Positions 60,519 through 64,000 of a stretch of 64,000 nt of DNA are shown here, piece after piece. Source of the stretch: Phycisphaerae bacterium (GTDB lineage Bacteria > Planctomycetota > Phycisphaerae > UBA1845); the NCBI GenBank assembly GCA_963666835.2, contig CAXXGO010000006.1, positions 1,472,001-1,536,000 on the forward strand, given 5' to 3'. Below the pieces are notes generated by a model. The model searched no databases and had not been told where the DNA came from. It saw nothing but the letters and a program-made list of their open reading frames with translations. How positions within the stretch are numbered: position 1 is the first letter of the stretch; every line of letters begins with the position of its first letter. Position numbers and translations under genes: made by a program.

Positions 60519-61625
60519 ATGAGGACTACACACGGAAAAGGCATCGTTGCCGTACTGATTGCTGGAGCGTTGCTGTTCAAAGCCGGCTGCGGTAGTGGCG
60601 ATTTCCTGGGTCTGGAGGACTACCAGCGAGATTTGCTGGTCGGCGGTGTCGCGGCCGCCTTGCTGCTGGCGAACCAGACCGGCACTGCTGATGACGCTAC
60701 CGATCCGGAAGCCGGACAAGCCTTGCCAGGCCCCGAGGGAGAACAGGGCGTCCCCGGCGAGCAAGGCGAGCAGGGTGAGCAAGGAGCGCAGGGTGCGCAG
60801 GGCGAGCAAGGTGAGCAAGGAGAGCAAGGCGCGCAAGGAGAGCAGGGCGAACCGGGGCCGGCCGGTCCGCAAGGAGAGCAGGGCGAGCAAGGAGAGCAGG
60901 GCGAGCAAGGAGAACAGGGGCCCGTTGGGCCGACCGGTCCCACCGGTCCGAAGGGCGATCCCGGAGAAGACGGGACCGCTCTGTTCAGCGTCTTCATTGA
61001 CGACTTCTTCACCATCGCCGGGAGCACGCCCGGAGATTTGCCCATGGCGACGATATCAATCTCCGAGCCCACGCTCGGTCCTCCGAACCCGGATACGGGC
61101 GAGCCGGGAGTGATCGCCTATCGCATGGCTATCCCAGAGCATTACGCGGAAGGGAACGACGTCACCATGCGTCTGTTATTCCATCGGACCGGCCCAGGCG
61201 CCGAGGGCTGTCTGGTCTTCACCCTGGATGCAGCCCGCCTGGTCAACGGCCAGGATGTCTCACCGTACGACGGCAGCGCCCGCTACGTGAGGATCGACCT
61301 CAACCAACCGGTTGTGGTCGAGAAGTCGATCTCCGAGACCCTTCTCGACAACGGCAGCGAGGGCGTATACCTGGTCGTCGATCTGCCGATAAACGACGGT
61401 GTCGACCAGCCGGGCCTGGAGCTGGGCGGCGGGCTCGCGGCTACGGATATGCTCGCCTTCGAGCTTGCGGTCTACACGACACCGGACCGCACCTGGCACG
61501 ATGGGGGGCATTACCATCTGCTCGGAGTTGAGTTCTTCGAGTCGGCTGCGGGTGAAGCGGAGCTGGTGGGCGCCACCATCTTCACTTCTGAGCAGGATGT
61601 GATGTGCTTCAACGAAGGGTTCTGA
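60519..61625 (+). CDS. Collagen-like lipoprotein
   Basis: GAGG SD; LLFKAGC lipobox-like; ~27 uninterrupted Gly-X-Y triplets (GEQ-rich); globular C-terminal domain. Confidence 0.85.
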   Translation: MRTTHGKGIVAVLIAGALLFKAGCGSGDFLGLEDYQRDLLVGGVAAALLLANQTGTADDATDPEAGQALPGPEGEQGVPGEQGEQGEQGAQGAQGEQGEQGEQGAQGEQGEPGPAGPQGEQGEQGEQGEQGEQGPVGPTGPTGPKGDPGEDGTALFSVFIDDFFTIAGSTPGDLPMATISISEPTLGPPNPDTGEPGVIAYRMAIPEHYAEGNDVTMRLLFHRTGPGAEGCLVFTLDAARLVNGQDVSPYDGSARYVRIDLNQPVVVEKSISETLLDNGSEGVYLVVDLPINDGVDQPGLELGGGLAATDMLAFELAVYTTPDRTWHDGGHYHLLGVEFFESAAGEAELVGATIFTSEQDVMCFNEGF

Positions 61626-61685
61626 TTCAGTAGCATCGGACGCTCCTAGACTCGCCGGTAGTCAGGAACGGCCAAGGCACGATTC

Positions 61686-61725
61686 AAAAGCCCGCCCGGG
61701 TCCTTCGGATCCGGGCGGGTTTTTT
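61686..61725 (+). terminator. Rho-independent terminator
   Basis: AAAAGCCCGCCCGGGTCC-TTCG-GATCCGGGCGGG-TTTTTTT. Confidence 0.88.
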
Positions 61726-62099
61726 GTCAGGTCTTTCTTCCGATTGCCGCTTCGGGAATCGGAGGGAATCTGTGAAAGGACGCGCCCCAAGTCTTCGAAG
61801 GCGACCCTCGCCACCGTAGCCGGGGATGGATTCGGAGCCCATACCCGCCTTCAGCGGGCGAGGCCCGATTCCGGCCTTACGCCCGTGCTTACGCGTGGCG
61901 ACCGTTTCCACCCCGCGCAGCTTCCGATAATACGATCCGACCCGGCCCGCCGTTTGCACGGGTTTTCGCGGTGCCGCATACGCCGACCGGACTCTTGCGA
62001 GCCGCTCGCCCGCTCGCGGCGGGTTACCGGTGATTTGCTGCTACGTAGACGCTCTCGTAGAATGCGGAACTCGACGTTCGAGACAGGAGTAACCCGGCG

Positions 62100-64000
62100 A
62101 TGACGATCGCTTTCAAACCGTATAATGCGATGACTCCCGAGGACTACGCAGACATCGGACTGCGCTGCGGGCTGGAGGTTCACCAACAGCTTCTCACGAA
62201 GACCAAGCTGTTCTGCCGCTGCCCCGCCGGTCGATATAGCGAGGCGTTCAACGCCGAGATCCTCCGGCACATGCGCCCGACTCTCTCCGAGCTGGGAGAG
62301 TATGACGGCACGGCCTTGATGGAGAAGAAGACGCGGAAGAACATCTATTACCGCATCCACCACGATACGGTATGTACGTACGAGTTCGACGACACCCCGC
62401 CGTTCTTCATCGCAGACGACGCTCTCGATTACGCCCTGCAAGTCGCAATGTTGCTTCGCTTGAACATCGTCAGCGAGTTGCACATCGCCCGTAAGCAGTA
62501 CCTGGACGGGTCGATTCCAACAGGGTTTCAGCGAACCACTATTGTGGGAGTGGACGGCTGGATCCCGTTCAAGGACCGCAAGATCCGGATCAGACAGCTC
62601 GGATTGGAAGAAGACGCCTGCCGAGAGGTCTCGGACATCGGCCACGACCGAGTCTACCTGACGGATCGGCTGGGCATGCCGCTCATCGAGCCGGTGACAG
62701 AGCCGGACATGCGCACCCCGGAAGAGGCGGCCCAGGTCGGAGAGATTCTCCGTCGCCTGTGTCGTAGCACCGGGAACGTCCGCACCGGGTATGGAGCCGG
62801 AAGACAGGACGTCAACGTCAGTGTGACCGGCGGCACCCGTATCGAAATCAAGGGCGTGCCCCAGCTCTGGCGGATTCCTCGCCTGGTTTATAACGAGGCT
62901 CGTCGGCAATGTTCCCTGCTGGCCATCCGCGACCAGTTGAAGGAGCGGGGCATCACGCCGGACACCTTCAAACACTACGTTGACGATGTTACTCGCATCG
63001 TCGCCAAGACCCAGTATGAGCCGATGCGGGCCGCCCTCCAGCGGGGTGATCGAGTGAAGTGCATAGTCCTGAAGGGCTTCGCCGGAATCCTCAATGAACC
63101 CACACAGGAGCACACGACGTTTGCCAAGGAATTCTCCGATCGCGCCCGCGTAATCGCCTGCCTGACGCGCCTGCCCAACATCATCCACTCGGACACGGCG
63201 TCCGAGTCCCTCTACGGCAAGGATTGGCAGAAGCTGCACCGCAAGATGAAGGCGGACCACGGCGATGCCCTGATCCTCGTCTGGGGCGACGAGGCGGACA
63301 CCCGCTGCGCCGCGGAGGAAATCGCCATTCGGGCGAAGGAAGCCACAATCGGCGTGCCCAGCGATACCAGACAGGGGCTCAAGGACGGCACTAACGGCTT
63401 CGAACGGGTCCTGCCGGGGGCCGATCGCATGTACCCGGACACGGATCTGCCGCCGATGGCGATTCCCAGCGAGCGCCTCGAACGGATTGCGGCCCGGCTT
63501 CCCGAGTATGTCTGGGATCGCGAACAACGATACCGATCAATGGGGCTGGGGGAGGAGCACATCGCCACGTTGTGCCTCTCGCGCAAGGCCGGTCTGTTCC
63601 AACGTCTCGTGGATGAGCTTAAGTGCGCTCCGACCTTCGCCGCAGTCGTTATCTGCGAGCGGCTCAAGGCCTTCCGGCGGGACGGCTTGGCCCTCGACCG
63701 GCTTGCCGACGACACCATCTTCGAGGTGTTCGAAGCCCATACGACCGGCCGGCTTGCCCGCGAAGGCGTGGTCGACGCTATCAGGAAACTCCTGACGAGC
63801 CGAAGTGATCCGGCCGCGGAACAGCTCACCGTGAGCGACATTCTTCAGCAGTACGCCCCCGTAACGGAAGATGAGTTGGCCGCCGACGTAACCCATACCG
63901 TTGCCCAATTGGATCGTTCCAACTTCAGCTCCGCGGATCAGGTTCGGCGCCATGCGATGGGCCTGTTGATGAGCAAGTTCCGCGGACGCGTGGATGGGAC
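62100..64000 (+). CDS. gatE: Glu-tRNA(Gln) amidotransferase subunit E (archaeal-type GatE); 3' end outside window, so absent from the ORF track
   Basis: AGGAG SD; DYADIGLRCGLEVHQQL, KLFCRCP, RPTLSELGEYD, RKQYLDGSIPTGFQRT, LEEDA, DRLGMPLIE, RQDVNVSV, RIEIKGV, LPGADRMYPDTDLPP, MGLLMSKFRGRVDG. Confidence 0.9.
   Translation, partial: MTIAFKPYNAMTPEDYADIGLRCGLEVHQQLLTKTKLFCRCPAGRYSEAFNAEILRHMRPTLSELGEYDGTALMEKKTRKNIYYRIHHDTVCTYEFDDTPPFFIADDALDYALQVAMLLRLNIVSELHIARKQYLDGSIPTGFQRTTIVGVDGWIPFKDRKIRIRQLGLEEDACREVSDIGHDRVYLTDRLGMPLIEPVTEPDMRTPEEAAQVGEILRRLCRSTGNVRTGYGAGRQDVNVSVTGGTRIEIKGVPQLWRIPRLVYNEARRQCSLLAIRDQLKERGITPDTFKHYVDDVTRIVAKTQYEPMRAALQRGDRVKCIVLKGFAGILNEPTQEHTTFAKEFSDRARVIACLTRLPNIIHSDTASESLYGKDWQKLHRKMKADHGDALILVWGDEADTRCAAEEIAIRAKEATIGVPSDTRQGLKDGTNGFERVLPGADRMYPDTDLPPMAIPSERLERIAARLPEYVWDREQRYRSMGLGEEHIATLCLSRKAGLFQRLVDELKCAPTFAAVVICERLKAFRRDGLALDRLADDTIFEVFEAHTTGRLAREGVVDAIRKLLTSRSDPAAEQLTVSDILQQYAPVTEDELAADVTHTVAQLDRSNFSSADQVRRHAMGLLMSKFRGRVDG

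Noticed and set aside
61851..63527. 558-aa minus-strand ORF
   Set aside because: Antisense shadow of gatE, which carries the conserved motifs.

Overview
GC-rich bacterial chromosomal segment. The gene content (many secreted Cys-rich, dockerin-bearing proteins, a PEP-CTERM protein, TPR proteins, an ECF sigma/anti-sigma pair) suggests Planctomycetota, probably Phycisphaerae; this is an inference. Housekeeping genes include a MATE transporter, half-length uvrA, HIT, RNase HII-like, GT3 glycogen synthase, Nif3, pabB plus a class IV aminotransferase, gpsA, wzm/wzt, pyrB and an acyl-CoA ligase. They are interspersed with dense REP/BIME-like repeat arrays and a RAYT transposase. Main highlights: (1) an RRE-like/radical SAM/SPASM enzyme translationally coupled to a membrane protein with a cytoplasmic (CA)n Cys-rich tail; (2) a candidate new selenoprotein, with an in-frame UGA and a SECIS-like hairpin joining a secreted Cys-rich ORF to its C-terminal dockerin-like domain; (3) a selenium operon (yedE-yedF-aminotransferase V-DUF3343-Sec-containing selD) bracketed by a 69-bp direct repeat with tRNA-Met-like sequence; (4) a RAYT-bounded composite element around a dockerin-pectinacetylesterase gene; (5) putative cohesin+dockerin paralogs separated by a composite repeat; (6) an archaeal-type gatE running off the right end. 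All family assignments come from motif recognition by eye; no database searches were run.
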